64,000 nt of DNA from Eledone cirrhosa (taxonomy: Eukaryota). The notes under the pieces were generated by a model. The model made no database searches, had not been told where the DNA came from, and saw nothing but the letters and a program-made list of their open reading frames with translations. Of this stretch, positions 41,148 through 55,544 are shown in pieces (within the stretch, counting starts at the first letter, position 1; each line of letters begins with the position of its first letter). The position numbers and the translations under genes were made by a program. Location: assembly GCA_964016885.1 (NCBI GenBank), contig OZ024740.1, positions 392,646,001 to 392,710,000 on the forward strand, in the 5' to 3' direction.

Positions 41148-43937
41148 GAATGGGCCCGAACTATGCCAACCTTTTTGTTGGCCATGTTGAGGCCCAAATC
41201 TTTGCCCAGTACACCGGCCCCACGCCCGAACTGTACGGTCGTTACATTGACGACTGTATCGGAGCCACGACCCTCACCCGAGAACAGCTCGACTTCTTCC
41301 TCTCCTTCTTCTGCTCCTTCCACCCTCCCTCCACTTCACCACCTCTATCTCCACCACCCACGTCCACTTGTTAGACATCTCCGTCGCCTTCGACCCCTCC
41401 CACCACTCCCTCGTCACCTCCGCCTTCTTCAAACCCACCGACTCCCACTCTTACCTCGACTTCACCTCTTCCCACCCCACCCATACTAAACACTCCATTC
41501 CCTACTCCCAACTTCTCAGGATCCGCCGCCTCTGTAGCCGAGATGCTGACTTTGAGTCCCAGGCCCTTTCCCTAGTCAGCCATTTCATCCGCAGAGGTTC
41601 CCCCCCCCCTCCGTTCACACCGCTCTCACCCGCGCCCATGCTGTCCCCCCCTCCACCACCCTCACCCCACGCCACCGCACACCCACCCACCGTCTCCCCT
41701 TCCCCATCACCTACCACCCCTCCACCTTACCCCTCCACCGCACCATCCGCCGCCTCTTCCGACGCCTCCAGTCCGACCCCTCCACCTCCCACATCTTCCC
41801 AACCCCACCACTCCCCTCCTTCAAACGCGCACCCAATCTCCGCACCCTCCTCGTCCACAGCTCCCTACCCCCAACCCACGCTCTGTTTCCCCCCGGTTCC
41901 TTTCCCTGTTCTAGGCCCCGCTGCAACACCTGTTCCCACATCACCAACACCACCACCTTCCAGGGTCCCAACGGCCACTCTCTCTCTGTCCGGCATGCCT
42001 TCCGCTGCACCTCCTCCAACCTAGTCTACGGACTTATGGAGGACTTATGTCGGACAGACGGGACGTCGCCTGGCGGACCGATTCACTGAACACCTCCGGG
42101 ATATTCGTCTCGGGGGTAGTTCCCCCATCGCCCGCCACTTTGGTGGCCCTGGACATTCCGCACGCCATCTCACAGTCTGTGGCCTACTCCAGTGCCACGG
42201 AACACCCGCCAATCGCCTTAGAGTCGAACAAAGAACTATCTTCATCTTACAGACCCACACTCCCCCCGGCCTGAACTCCCCACCCTTATTCCTTTAGCCT
42301 TCGACCGCCCCCTCCTCCCACACTTATCTCCCACTAACACCACTAACACACCCCTCCTTTTCACCGCCCACCCCACAACTAACAATACTAACACCTCCAC
42401 TCCACCCCTCATCTGACCACCCTTCCCCAACTAACATACTAACATCCCTCCCTTCTTCTCCCCCCCTCCTTATCACACGCACACACCCACCGGCACATAT
42501 ATACACGCGCTCACACTAAACACACACCCTACTACCACCACCAACCCTCCCCCCACACCTCTCCCCCCACACCTCTCACCCCCACACCTCCATCCCACCA
42601 CCCCGCAACTAACCTCACTAACACCCCCTGACCCCAAGCACACGAACACACGCACCCACTTACACCACCCACCCCACACGCAACTAACATCACTAACACC
42701 CCCAACCCCACGCACACGTACCCACACACCCTCGTACACCACCAACTCTACACACCCTACCACCACTAACCCCCACTCACACCTGCATTCAACCCCTCCC
42801 CACCTCCCGTATACTAACACCCACTAACACCCCTTCATCAAACTACACACACCAGTACACCACACTCCCTCCATAAACCTACACACACACACCATTCTCT
42901 CCCCGCTCCACCCACACCCTCGCTCCACACTCACTCATCCCACTAACACCTCTACTAATACACACACACACACCCTCCTCACTCCAACTTTCACACCTAC
43001 CCATCCTCGCCCCTTTACCATTCCACCGACTGCTGCTATGCCCTCTGACCACCTCCCAGCACAAACAGATACACAGCACTCCCACTGCTTGACCACTTCC
43101 TGTTGCGCGCGCACCCCACATCTCTCCTCTTCCGACCATCGCTTCATGGAATACTCGTACGTAGAACTTGACCACCACAGAATCCACTAAACATCATCGG
43201 ATTTTACCAACTTTTCAACCATCCTCTTACGTAATCACCTATATAACTCACCCACACACACACCCCCCAAAATTTTTTTTTCTCCACACGCCACCTACAC
43301 CCACAACACGCTTAAACCCCACACACACGTGCTTTCCACCACATATTTACACCTTCAGCCTCCTGATTCCTCTCCCCCACCCCTCTAGCAACACACGCAC
43401 AGACACTCCGACCTACAACCCCCCCCCCCCCACACACACCTCTTCCTGAACATGCAACCCCGTTCTTCCCCCAACCCTTACTTTCACATACACACACACA
43501 CACACACGTACACCTACACACACACACCACCTTCAGCCCTCCCCGCTCGGACACCCCGTCTCCCTCTCCCCACTCCACCCGCCACCACCCCTACACACCC
43601 CACACCCTTCCACCACCTGTTTTACCCCCCTTTTAATTTCAGTTTATTCTGATCATGCTTTTATATTTAAATTTATTTCATTCCTTGTATTTTGATCATG
43701 CTTTATTTTTATTTTTATTTTTATTTTTAATTTCATTCGCACCGTTTCATTTCGCTATATGTCTCTCCACCACTCCCCTACACACCCTTTGAACTCTGTT
43801 CCCACACACTTCTCACCTGAGGAAGGGCTTATGCCCGAAACGTCGTTCCCCACCAACACCCCACTCTCCAGAGCGTGAAATTAATAAACATTCGTTGTAC
43901 TGCCTCTCTGTTTTGTTCCTGTTCAAATGTTTCCATT
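41148..43937 (+). mobile_element. Neptune-type PLE, 5'-truncated and disrupted
   Basis: MGPNYANLFVG, RYIDD, KPTDSHSYLDFTSSHP, SIPYSQLLRIRRLCS; C-x3-RC-x-TC linker, FRCTSSNLVY, YVGQTGRRLADRFTEH; minimal HHR; (TA)n on both sides. Confidence 0.9.
43812..43848 (+). ncRNA. Minimal PLE hammerhead
   Basis: CTGAGGA A GGGC TTAT GCCC GAAAC GTC; stem I weak. Confidence 0.65.
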
Positions 43938-44429
43938 ATATATATATATATATATATATATGTGTAAAATTTGTCTGTCGTACATAAAACCATGTACTTA
44001 AAAGATACTTATTTTATCTATCCCTGAAGAATGAAATATATTGTTTTATCACCAAATTAGAGAGTTAGTGACGATGTAAATATGACGAATAGAATATAGC
44101 CGATTATGTGCTTTCCAGAACCACAGAATGACAGAATTAGCTACTCGTTAAATGTTAACTCGTATTTACTGTTGTTAAGTATATATCGGTCAATTGCAAA
44201 CTGCTTTCTGAATGGCACACCTAATTTCACTACTGCCTTGAAGTTCTTAGTAGAGCGACCCGCCTTATAATGAGACACATCCTATGCGACCCACATCTCG
44301 AAAAAGGTTACCCATGCTTAATAGATATCATACCATAGAGAAGATAGGAAGTCATAATGCACACTGTGATATGCAGTGATGAGTCATATGAATCATTCCG
44401 TAACTTTAGGAAACATAACAAAATATATA

Positions 44430-44615
44430 ATTGTTTCTACTTTTAGCACAAGGCCAGCAATTACCCAGTACATTACTGGTACTTTATTTTATCGACCCCA
44501 TAAGGATGAAAGGCAAAGTTAACCTCGACGGGATTTGAAATCAGACCGTAAAGAGACGTAACTATGCTAGAAAGCATGGCGTCCGACCCTCTACCGATAC
44601 TGCCAATTGACCGCT
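44430..44615 (-). mobile_element. tRNA-headed SINE copy
   Basis: Reverse complement of the 7997-8192 family. Confidence 0.85.
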
Positions 44616-44906
44616 CTTTTAAAATATATTATGGAATGTGATGCTATGAAGTTAGACATGGCCTGGGCCAATACTGGCCGAAACCTATCAAAGTTATCAA
44701 AGTTATATCTGTGTTCAAATCCAAAGTGAACAGCATTAAGACAGAATCAAATGTAATATCGCTCTCACCACCCTCGGTCTTTCCAACAACCATTGCTACT
44801 ATGAGATTACGATAATCTAACTCATTGTACCTGTTATAGGCATGATATTTTTATAATTGTAAATATGTGTGTATATAAATATGCATATATATATATATAC
44901 CGAAAT

Positions 44907-45030
44907 CGCGTGGCTGAGTGGTTAGAGGATTGGATTTGTAATGGTGAGATTGTGAGTTCGATTCCCGGAAGGGCTATGAGCTATGTCCTTGAGCAAGACA
45001 CTTTATTTCACATTGCTTCTTCTACCTGGA
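44907..45030 (+). mobile_element. Second tRNA-derived SINE family (degenerate copy also at about 61899-62015)
   Basis: A box GTGGCTGAGTGG, B box GAGTTCGATTCCC, CORE-like TGTCCTTGAGCAAGACACTTT. Confidence 0.7.
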
Positions 45031-45149
45031 GTTGCGACCGATAGATAGTACTAGCAACATGAAAGACCGACGAAAACATTGATTCCTCGGTCCGATTTGA
45101 CGAAAGTCGATCGATCCTTTATTTTATTTATTCTTACTGAGTATTTCCT

Positions 45150-45472
45150 TTTTAAAATGTGGAGTTTCCAATTGTCATTACTTTGGTGCCTTCCCAGAGA
45201 TCCAGATCTCCCGGTCAGAAATACCTTCTCTATTTAAGGCTTTTAACATCTCAGGCCCAATTTTTTCCTCTCCAGAGGCTTTGCCGCATTTGAGGGCTAT
45301 GATCGTTCTAGTGACCTCAGCCACCGAAAGGTTAGACATCATTCATAGATGCACCTCGTGTATATCAGAAGATACTCTTGTGACCGGATTTAGGAGACCA
45401 GCAAAGTATTCTCTCCACCTCGTGGGGATGCAACTATCTCAATAGAGAAGAATCTCAAACGAGTTCCTGAGA
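45150..45472 (-). mobile_element. Degenerate RTE-like LINE fragment
   Basis: Minus strand WREYFAGLLNP...LKCGKASGEEKIGPEMLKAL. Confidence 0.6.
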
Positions 45473-45474
45473 GT

Positions 45475-45596
<122 letters not shown>

Positions 45597-46114
45597 TGTT
45601 ACCAGTATATCAAAGAAGAGAAGCTTATTGTTTCTGAACTTTATAGTGAGTTGGATATGAGGGTTTATATTATTTATGAAACTTTGAGAAATGTTCAGCT
45701 TATTAAGAATTTCTCTTTGCAAGATAAAACAGTGGTACAATAGAACACGTAATTAATATGGTTTATTGCAGCTATAGAAAGTGACATACGAGGTTTTATT
45801 CACACTACAAAATACACCTTTACGTATTGCCCAAAATTCAAGCGCTCCTACTTTCCAAATTTCAAGTGGTCCATCTGGCATCCTGCTAAGAGAATTTCTG
45901 CGAAAGCTGCAGAATCATCGTATCCTCCATTTCTCAACCAGGGTGACTCTGTTTACAACAATTTGATGAAAGGGCCTCTACATTTGCCGCCTGCTTGGCT
46001 TTTAGTTGTCAAACGTTGAGTATATTCATTCACTCTTCTCTTCCACTCAATCGCTTTCACTTCAACGTAGTCACAACATCACGTATGTTACCATCTAACA
46101 AGGTACATAAATAC

Positions 46115-46340
46115 TGATTTCTACAATAGGCACCATGCCAGCAATTTCTTTTGGGGGGGGCAGGGGGGAGGGAAAAGTCGATTAAATCGATCCCAGTACT
46201 TACTGGTACTTTATTTTATCGATCCCGTAAGGATGAAAAGCAAAGTTAACCTCGGCGGGATTTTAACTCAGAAGTAAAGGGCCGTAACTCTATGCTTCAA
46301 AGCATGGTGTCCGACACTCAACCGATTCTGCCAATCCACT
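46115..46340 (-). mobile_element. tRNA-headed SINE copy
   Basis: Reverse complement of the 7997-8192 family. Confidence 0.8.
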
Positions 46341-47536
46341 GAATAATGTCCTTACATTACCATCAAACAATCTGCACAAGAGTTCTATCTTCACCAAGTT
46401 CTTCAATACTTCTCTCACTTCGTAATTTAGTCGTAATTTACAATGTGTATGAACCCTAAATATCGACCTAGTGTTCTCATTGCAATCATCTCAAAATAAT
46501 AAAAATATTCATTGATAATCACGTTTTCAGCCACCGCCAATACATCTTTAACTTCAACCGAAGATCTGCTCTCTTATATCATTTACCAATAATATATCAC
46601 ATTTGAGAATTTAATTGAAAGCATTTTCGCTGCTCTTAATATTATAAAGCTTCCTATCATGAGAACATTGTACCTAAATTTGCTCCCTCCTTGTAGATTT
46701 CAATTGTCTCTTGATTCTTGGATTGGTGAAGCTTAACGTTAGACTACATGATGATACACTTCAATGTTTAAGCTTAAACACACCGCAGTGCTTCTATTAT
46801 CTCTAAAGATGAGAACATCATCCAATTGAAATATTATAACCTAGTCTCGTTCAACATCACAAAGAAACAATTACTACGCATTAAAAAAAATACATTACCT
46901 CTATTCATAAACAATGCCCTCAAAGTCGCAAAAATGCTAGGTCTTCAAATATATGGTTTTCACGTCGCGACCTTACGTATATAGGACCGCCCAAATGACA
47001 CCCTCAAGAACTAGGTTCACAAAATAATTCAGTCTTGATCAGTTGCTGATCCAGTACAAAGCTCAAATAAACCCATATTGGTATGCTGCTGACATATATA
47101 TAGGTCTGTACTGTTGCTACATATACTTCTATAACAACCTCACTCACTAATGCGCTGTAATCTCTAAGTGATAGCAACAACAATGGTTTCCGTTCATGTG
47201 AACCACTGCCTATCAAAGAAAGCTTCGCTCATTTTCTTTCACTACACCGTTGTGGCTGTTTGGAATGTTCGCATCCTGGTCTTTTTATAAACATCAACCA
47301 AAAGATGTGAAAAACTCAACATTGACCGAACCGATTTCAACCTCTGCAAGGTTATGAGTGGCACACAAAAACAAATAACTGACAGATGCGCGTAATGATC
47401 CCGTTAATCTAGTGTATGCTTGTATGTATGTATAGCATCTTTGTGTGCGTGTGTTGAATTAGATAAGTAAGATGAAATAAACGTTGTGCATTTTCACCTG
47501 TTTGATTTGCTACGTTATTTTGTGTTTTATTGATAG

Positions 47537-47615
47537 GATCAGCAAAGAGAAGTGTTAATCAAAGCCAGGATGAGTTGTAACGAATTAAAACAGAAACATG
47601 CGTATCCAACTTCGG
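47537..47615 (+). CDS. Exon of class B1 GPCR (PTH-receptor-like), N-terminal helix of the extracellular domain
   Basis: tag|GAT...TCGG|gtagg; translates DQQREVLIKARMSCNELKQKHAYPTS(G); its phase-1 end joins the next exon in frame; supplies the first ECD cysteine. Confidence 0.75.
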
Positions 47616-50399
47616 GTAGGACACATTTTACAATTCTTTATTTTATTGTTTAGTGTTTAGTTGGTCAGCTGCCAGACTAAGTGCTTTATTGTATTTGGTC
47701 CCGTACTAAATATGAGTTCAACTTACATCGATGTCTAGTTCATCTTTCACATTTTTTCTGCTTGATTCGACTTTAACTTTTCCCTACAAATACGTATTCA
47801 TTCCATTGAGAACAACACTTGAAATTTGTTAGAGACAGATAATATGTAAATTAAATTGGACCCATTATATTACTGGAGTTTATTTCATCAAGCCCAGAGG
47901 GATAGGTAAAAATTCCACTCCGGTAAAATCTGAAAGTAGAATGAACGCAGTAGCAGGAAACTAAACAATATATGATATTTGGTTCAGTTTACGTCTGTTT
48001 CTACTAATTAATTGCCCGAAATTGGGAAACATTATTTACTGCGAACAACAAATAAGACTTCATTTATATCAATGATATTTTAAAATTAATTTATTCAAGG
48101 AATGTGCTATTGCATTATTTGTATGAACAGAGCTTGGGTGGAATAGAAGTGTGAAACTAAAAATTGAAAAAAACATTTAGTTCGGTATAGTTTCTACCAT
48201 TTAACTGTCTTCTCTTCTGCCGGATCACTCTTCTGTCAGGTCACTATTGAGTGCTACTGATAACATGTAACTCAGTACAACCTGTCGCATGGTCGGGTCG
48301 TCGCCGACTAAACCGGAAACCCCGCCAAGTTTACTTGGTAAGGAGGGTGATTTTGGACACCCCGCAGGACAAAAAAACAAAACCTGACAAAGGGCGGAAG
48401 AACTCATAAGAGTCAACGGTCATCTAAAAAAAAAATAAAATCCTACCAAATCAATGGATGGCAGTCGTTCCAGCTGCACGCATCGAAGACTGGTGTAGTG
48501 GTTCTGAGAACAATGCGGCTTTGCAGATGATCAATGTAAATTGACAATGGAAAGGCGCTCCCGCTCGAGTTAGAAGAGAACTATTGACCTTCAGGAGAAG
48601 CAGCAACCCCTGGTTGTATTCAGCAACCGAAACAAATATGAAATACACCAAATCCAATGCTCCTAGGGGCGGCCCTGGTTCTTCTTATTTTCGAGTGTAA
48701 ACTCGGCCAGATTAGATTAGATTAGATCTTCTGCACCCCCCCCCCCCCGAAAATATTTGAAGAAGAATGATTTCGTGAAGGGCAACAATGACTTTATTAT
48801 GATAATTAGACCTATACCCTATGTTGTTCAACTGTTAATTAGCAATTATTCTTCGTGTTGTGATACAATTATTATTGACACCTTCTTTTGTTTCCAAAAG
48901 GAGTAGTCCAGAAGGAATGTACACTCAACTCACTTTCACCATTTCTTTCTATATGGACCAATAGTCAAAATAAGGATACACTGGAGTACATTACATGTCG
49001 TCTTGCTTTACTCATAAGAAAATTTAGATTAAATTCTATTATGAATTGCTCCTGTTGCTTACTGAAGCAAGCTGTATTACTCATCACCTTTCATACACCT
49101 GAATGAAGTGAGTCAATGTGAATAGGTCTCTTTGATAAAATGATTATTGATGTTAACAAACAGTTCCGCTGTGTTTCATGTATGTAATCGTCCACCGACG
49201 AGACAGAGCTGTATAAGCAAGGTGAATAAAATTTTTCTATATTTTAACAGAAGTTTACGCTTAATTTCAGCATTAGGAGAGCATTTGTACTTAATGGCCT
49301 AATGGCTACAAAATCACATTTTATCTTAGCAGTTGTCGTTGCTGGGCTCTAGTTCAGCCTTAATTAAGCAAACCTATGTCTAAAGGCATTAGAGCTGTAT
49401 CGATATCACGTTTTTCCAGACATAGTATATCTACAACTGCTTTTATGTATTTAAGATTGTAGTGTATGATTCAGAAAAATTTCATTGCTACTCCCAGCAG
49501 GTCATAGGTTCTGCCACTTTGGTTCTATTTAGCCTTAGAAGTCTAGAAGAGAGAGATAAAAAGCTAAAGCATAAAGATAGACATGTCCTGCCTACAGGAT
49601 TTTGCATTAGTGTTAATTAAGTTACTTTTATATCAGTAGTTGTTTGAAAACATGAAAGATTTATTCCTACGAAAGATAATGTCATATGAAAAAAACAAAA
49701 CAAACAGTATCACTGAATAAACATAAACGTCTGTTTAAGAATGTGCATCTGTTAAAGGTAGTTGCTTCTATGAAAACAATAAGAATTAAACACTTTCGCA
49801 GGCAAGGTTGGTGAGATCGATGTGGTGAATGCTGCTCTTGACAAGCTGCAAGTTGACGGCTATACATTAAAAATGGGTAGATATAGGGAATTTCACATGG
49901 TTGGACGATATGGTGAAGTAGGACTGGATTTAGTGTTTAATACGGACCTGGTAGAGTGAACACAATATGAGTGACAAAAAGGAGAGAGACGACTGAGTTG
50001 TGAGTGCAATGTTGGCAGACAACACGTATGTTTACCAGAACTTGAAGTGTGTTAGCAAGTGACTTCTTGCTAATCAGTCAGGTTTATTTAAATTATTTTT
50101 TTTATTAAATACAGTCTATGTCAGTATAGTATAAAGAGTACATTTCTATGTACTTTTAAATGTTTAAACGAAGTATAGTTAGAAAGAGAGAATGGCGTGC
50201 GTGTATGTGAGAGAAGATATATATATATGTCAATAAAAACTGTGTGGTATGTGGAACTCCCACTTTTAATTGTCATTCGTATGTGTTCTGACTCTCAATC
50301 TGTATTTGATAATAAAAAAAATCTTAAAACATTCTTCTTAAAATATTTTCAATCATTTTACTAAATTCACTAAGAGAAGATATATATATATATATGCTT

Positions 50400-51642
50400 T
50401 CCGTTTTATTTATTTATTTTTTTCTCAGTTCTTGTCTTTCATTCCTCTTATTTGGCGGCCTGACACTTTTGCAGACGTAAGATCAACGACATCCCAGACA
50501 TGACCATATTCTCTATTTTTTCAGACATGTTGTATATACACTGGACTTCATTATACGAAGTGTCCTTTTAAACAACTTTAGGGTGTGGCGTGGAAGAGAT
50601 TTGGCTGTTATATTTACTAGATCGGGCTACTACGTAGAGGCGCCCTCTTCGGCCCGGCCTCTCGTCAGCTGGATATTAATTATTTTTCATTTAGGTAGAA
50701 GTGGTTACACAACAGTTAGTTCACCATACCGAGAACAATTGTTTCACGTTAGCGGATCCTCAGCTCGGAATGGGCATGGTTATAGGAACAGGAAGGACAA
50801 CCGTACGAACGCGCATGCGCAGAAACCTGGTCACTTCACACAGGCAATACTAGACTGCGTGCGAGAGGTGTAAGGGAGATAAATGCGAAAGTCCGAAAAG
50901 TTTTTAGGTTGAAAAAAATTACAAAGAATCAGTCCGGAGCCTTGTAGTTATGCAATAGATGTTCGGTGACGTGTGGACAACGTGTGAAAAATTCACTTTT
51001 CGTGTTTAGGCAATCACTATTGCGTAATCTCTTTAGAATAGTTATTCGTTCGTCAATACATAAGCCACACGCCGGATTTCCCCTTGCGTATGGCTTGGAC
51101 TTAGTGATGGCTTTCCATTGAATGGAGTAGTCTATACTTGAGTCCTTGAGGGACCATACGTGGCTCGCGAGTTTCATGGATGAACGTCTGTCCGGGTACC
51201 TGAAGGTAGATTGGTGGTTCAGGAAACGTTCCTTATATCGGCCCTCCGCCATGCCCACATAGGATTTGACCTCCTGTGGTTCGTTTGGTCGGTTGGAAGT
51301 GACCACAGCTTCATAAATTACAGCTGGTGTGTTGTATTGCTGTTGAAGGGGGAAAGCTTCAGGCTTGCGGCAAGAGCACCCTGGTGGGGTGTTGCTCCTA
51401 GGGATGCTGGTGATGTGGGCCTTCATGTTCTTAGCGCAGGAGTATCCTAGTTTAACTTTGTGTCGGTTAAATATGGAGCGGTATTTATGGGGAAGTGTCT
51501 ATCTAAGAGGGCTAGAAATTCTTTTCCTACATTGGTTTTAACGTTGAGTGGGAAGGGAGGAGAGAACCAGATAGTTTGTCTATTGTTGCGCTTACTTTTC
51601 TTAATGGTGTTGTTGCTAGCAATAAAAAAAATAACAGGTCCA

Positions 51643-51645
<3 letters not shown>
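50400..51645 (-). mobile_element. Naiad-type PLE 3' fragment
   Basis: [17 protein letters not shown]; ORF 50929-51426 with CSC linker, VIY..YVG, CGLC..E; HHR in 3' UTR; 3' boundary approximate. Confidence 0.88.
50724..50773 (-). ncRNA. Hammerhead ribozyme
   Basis: Minus strand CCATtCCGAG CTGAGGA TCCGCTAACGT GAAA CAATTG TT CTCGGtATGG; stem II weak. Confidence 0.7.
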
Positions 51646-51703
<58 letters not shown>

Positions 51704-51775
51704 TATATATATATATATAAATAAAGTACCAGTAATACACTGGGTAATTGCTGGCCTTGTGCCTAACGTAGAAAC

Positions 51776-51853
<78 letters not shown>

Positions 51854-51867
51854 ACATATATATATAT

Positions 51868-51899
<32 letters not shown>

Positions 51900-51901
51900 G
51901 T

Positions 51902-51979
<78 letters not shown>

Positions 51980-52010
51980 ATGTATATATATGTATGTATG
52001 TATATGTATA

Positions 52011-52041
<31 letters not shown>

Positions 52042-52049
52042 GCATACAT

Positions 52050-54325
52050 AGGCTAGGAAAACTATTATCAAGTTTGATAACTGCTACTGGGAACGTAAGG
52101 ACAGACCCACTAACTTCGACTTCACCATGGGTTCCAATGATTCAGCGGAGGTCACAGATATTGTGGGAATTTACATATCCCACATACTACATTGAAAATC
52201 TAATAATCTACAGGGGGAATATATAGAGATACGCGCTTCTATTAGTTAATAACTTAAATAACCAAAATCTTGAAAGGCTACGGAAAAACATTAGGAAATC
52301 TTTTAGTGAACTGGGTCTAAAAATAACGTACGAATACAATCTTAAAGTAGTAAATTTTCTAGACGTAACTCTTAATTTGAATACAGGACTGATACGACAA
52401 TTCCACAAGATAAATGAGAACCTTACCTATATTAATTTTAATTCGAATCACCCACTTTCCATGATCAAATCGGTTCCTCTAACTCTGATATTTTCAGTGA
52501 ACATGCTGAATACTATAATAACGCATTAAGGATACATTGATAAGAATCTCCATAACACACATAGCTACACACGAAATTAAGGATTATGTAACCGGGGTAC
52601 AGAAATACAAGCGCACACACGCAATACCACCAGACATACTAATAATAGAAAATCATCACCAAACTCAAATAAATTACGTTGTAGAAAGTATATCTGGTAT
52701 AATCCCATTTTTAAGGCTTCGATTAGTACAAAACTATCTCTTTCATTCTTTAAATTAATTAACAAGCATTTCCCTAATTCCCATAAATACAGTAAAATTC
52801 TAATCTCTAAGACTGTTAAGCTATTATACTCCACTGCACCAAACCTAGAAGCATACATAAAAAAACTTAACTTAAAGCAATTATTAAACAGCACTACAAA
52901 ACAAAATATTTTAGAAACAGATGGGCATAACGTAATATCAGCCTCCCAACCCACCTGAACTGTTATCCCAACCCATCCATGGTACACCTGCTACCCACAA
53001 CAAAAACTGCAACTGCCACCTACCCGAAAGATGCTCATTGAAGAATAAATGCCTAGAGTCCAACATTGTTTATCAATGCACTGTCGAATCGAACGACCAG
53101 AAATGGTATTACATTGGGTCTACCACTACCTCCTTTAAATCTCACTGGTATCGTCATCGATTTTCGATTAAACATCCCGAACACCGTTTTGTAACCACGC
53201 TCGCCAATAAGACTGGCAATTCCGTGAATGCAACCGACAGAAATGGGATAAATTATCCAGCGCTAGTGCATATCGGAGTGGATTGAAGTACTGCAGATTA
53301 TGCAACCTTGAACTCTTTTATTTCTTGAAATCCCCCAAAACTTACTAAATGATAGAATCGAACGATCGTTATACTGCAACCACAAACTGAAGGCTAAATT
53401 TTCACACTATAAAATAACTTAACATTCGAACCTGAGACTACAACACCACTTTCTCGCTAACTAATTTCACCCAATAACTAATTCCTAACTATATCCCCAC
53501 CCCTACACTGCAAGCCAGTACCCTGCTTATCCTTATAAATGGATACTTGAGTGCTATCAGCAGACTACAACTATGCACTCGATGTATACCGCCTTTCCTT
53601 CCCCTTCTCGTAGCTTTTCTCTGTCCCCTATCTCTCTCTCGCCTTCTCCCCCCCCCTCTCTTTCGCCTTCTGTCTACCTCCCTCCCTCTCCACATCTATC
53701 AACCTGCTCTCTGTGGAAATAAATAATTCCAAACTTGACAATATCAACACAATGCCTAAGTTGTCACTTTGAGAGTAAGCAATATAATAAAACCACTTGT
53801 TGGACCCTTATCACAGCATTTGATTAAGCTATCTGTATTCTTCAAACCACTCTCTCCCATTTTTCCGACCTCTACATATCTCTCTTTCTCTCTCTATCTC
53901 CCTCTCCCATTCTTTCTCTCTTCCTTTTTCTACTCTATCTTCCCCAATAACTTCCTTTAAGAAATACAAGGGAATTTACACTTTAACCATTCTGCTCTGA
54001 GGACACAGTAGGAGAAGCAGCATTTGAAAATTGTATATCTGCAAATAAATAATTGCCAATTTGCACATAGCATGACTAGGCTGTGTAACTACTGTTGAAA
54101 CATTTGTAAGCACTCGGAATAAATTACCTTTTTATGATGTCTACCTGTTTTATTATTCATTCTTTATCTACACTCCGGAATACAGAAGAATCAGGAACTG
54201 GGTTTCTTTAACTATTCTTCCATAACTCGTTGAGTAACCTCTCACCGTACGTCGACTCTATCTAGTGTAGTAATTAACCATTACTGCATTCAGGATAATC
54301 CTAATCATTTCTTGCATAACATAAT
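52050..54325 (+). mobile_element. Degenerate Naiad-type PLE, 5'-truncated
   Basis: [37 protein letters not shown] remnants related to 20665-23965; HHR and tail. Confidence 0.88.
53993..54112 (+). ncRNA. Hammerhead ribozyme with long branched stem II
   Basis: TGCT CTGAGGA C ACAGTAG...TGCAAAT..ATTTGCA...CTACTGT T GAAA CATTTG TA AGCA. Confidence 0.85.
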
Positions 54326-54495
54326 ATATATAGATATATATGTATGTATATATATATATATCGCTCGCTTTGATTATATGGTTATATAACAATACATGCA
54401 TATTTTAATGAGCTGTCAACGTGTTATTCCTTATCTCAAAGTTATCATTGCCATCCCCATTACGTTTATAATCCTTGTTATCATTATCAATGTAG

Positions 54496-54606
54496 GCGTC
54501 TTCTGCAACATTACCTTTGATGATATTCTATGCTGGAATTATACAAGTGCCGGTAGTCTTGCTCGGCAACGCTGTCCTACCTACATCCACAGGTTCACAG
54601 ATAAGA
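54496..54606 (+). CDS. Exon of class B1 GPCR, hormone-binding domain
   Basis: tag|GC...AAGA|gtaagt; (G)VFCNITFDDILCWNYTSAGSLARQRCPTYIHRFTDK matches the C-x3-(W/F)D-x3-CW...CP secretin-family motif. Confidence 0.93.
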
Positions 54607-54699
54607 GTAAGTTGCATTTATTCATTTCTCTTTATTCACTAGTATGTCTTTATGTCAGTCGACATGTTCTGCTATGTTCATCGATTCATTATATCAAAA

Positions 54700-54887
54700 G
54701 GCGGTGGATTGGCAGTATCGGTAGAGCGTCAGACTCCATGCTTTGCAGCATAGAGTTATGGCCCTTTAAGTTCTGAGTTCAAATCCCGCCGAGATTAACT
54801 TTGCCTTTCATCCTTACGGGGTCGATAAAATAAAGTACCAGTAATGCACTGGGATAATTGCTGACCTTGTGCTAAAAATAGAAACAA
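54700..54887 (+). mobile_element. tRNA-headed SINE copy (intronic)
   Basis: Homologous to 7997-8192. Confidence 0.88.
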
Positions 54888-55067
54888 GTATATCAAGCGA
54901 CGCGTTCAGGTCTTAGGTAGAGGGAGGTGGGCTGTTAAGGATACGTGTCCCGAGACCTCTGGGAGTGTCCTGAAGGAAGTGTACAGCTTAATATTTAGAT
55001 ATCCATACCTCTCTATGTGTTTAAAGTTGCGATATTCCTGCTTATCATTGGATGTCTTATCGTTTAG

Positions 55068-55201
55068 AATTTTCTACAAGACTCTGTTTACTCAATGGAA
55101 ATTGGAGCCCGAAAAATGGAGCCGATAGCAACATCACAAAAGGTTGGACTAATTTTTCTGAATGCTTCGATAAAAGAGCAGAGGTACCAAACTTTGTGAA
55201 G
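55068..55201 (+). CDS. Exon of class B1 GPCR, end of hormone-binding domain
   Basis: tag|AA...AAG|gtgagt; (K)FSTRLCLLNGNWSPKNGADSNITKGWTNFSECFDKRAEVPNFVK with R-x-C-x2-NG-x-W and WTNFSEC motifs; phases 1/0 fit the neighbouring exons. Confidence 0.93.
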
Positions 55202-55279
55202 GTGAGTTTTTACAATTTAATTTCTATATATAAAACTCACAGTGAGTACAGATCCACACACACACACACACACACGCAC

Positions 55280-55407
<128 letters not shown>

Positions 55408-55544
55408 ATGAATGTTATTGTATGTATGGATCTCTATGTTTTGAGTTATATGTGTGCATGTGCATGTTTTGTATCTATATATGTGTATATGCAGTTATTA
55501 CATGCAGAAATTTTGGAATGTTTTATTTATTTATACAGTTCCAC

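Noticed and set aside
44907-44972. tRNA gene
   Set aside because: No good cloverleaf and it runs into a SINE body; the other A/B-box hits are also SINE heads
50633-50674. Second hammerhead on the minus strand (CTGACGA...GAAGAGG...CCTCTA)
   Set aside because: GAAA is incomplete and stem I does not pair; at best degenerate
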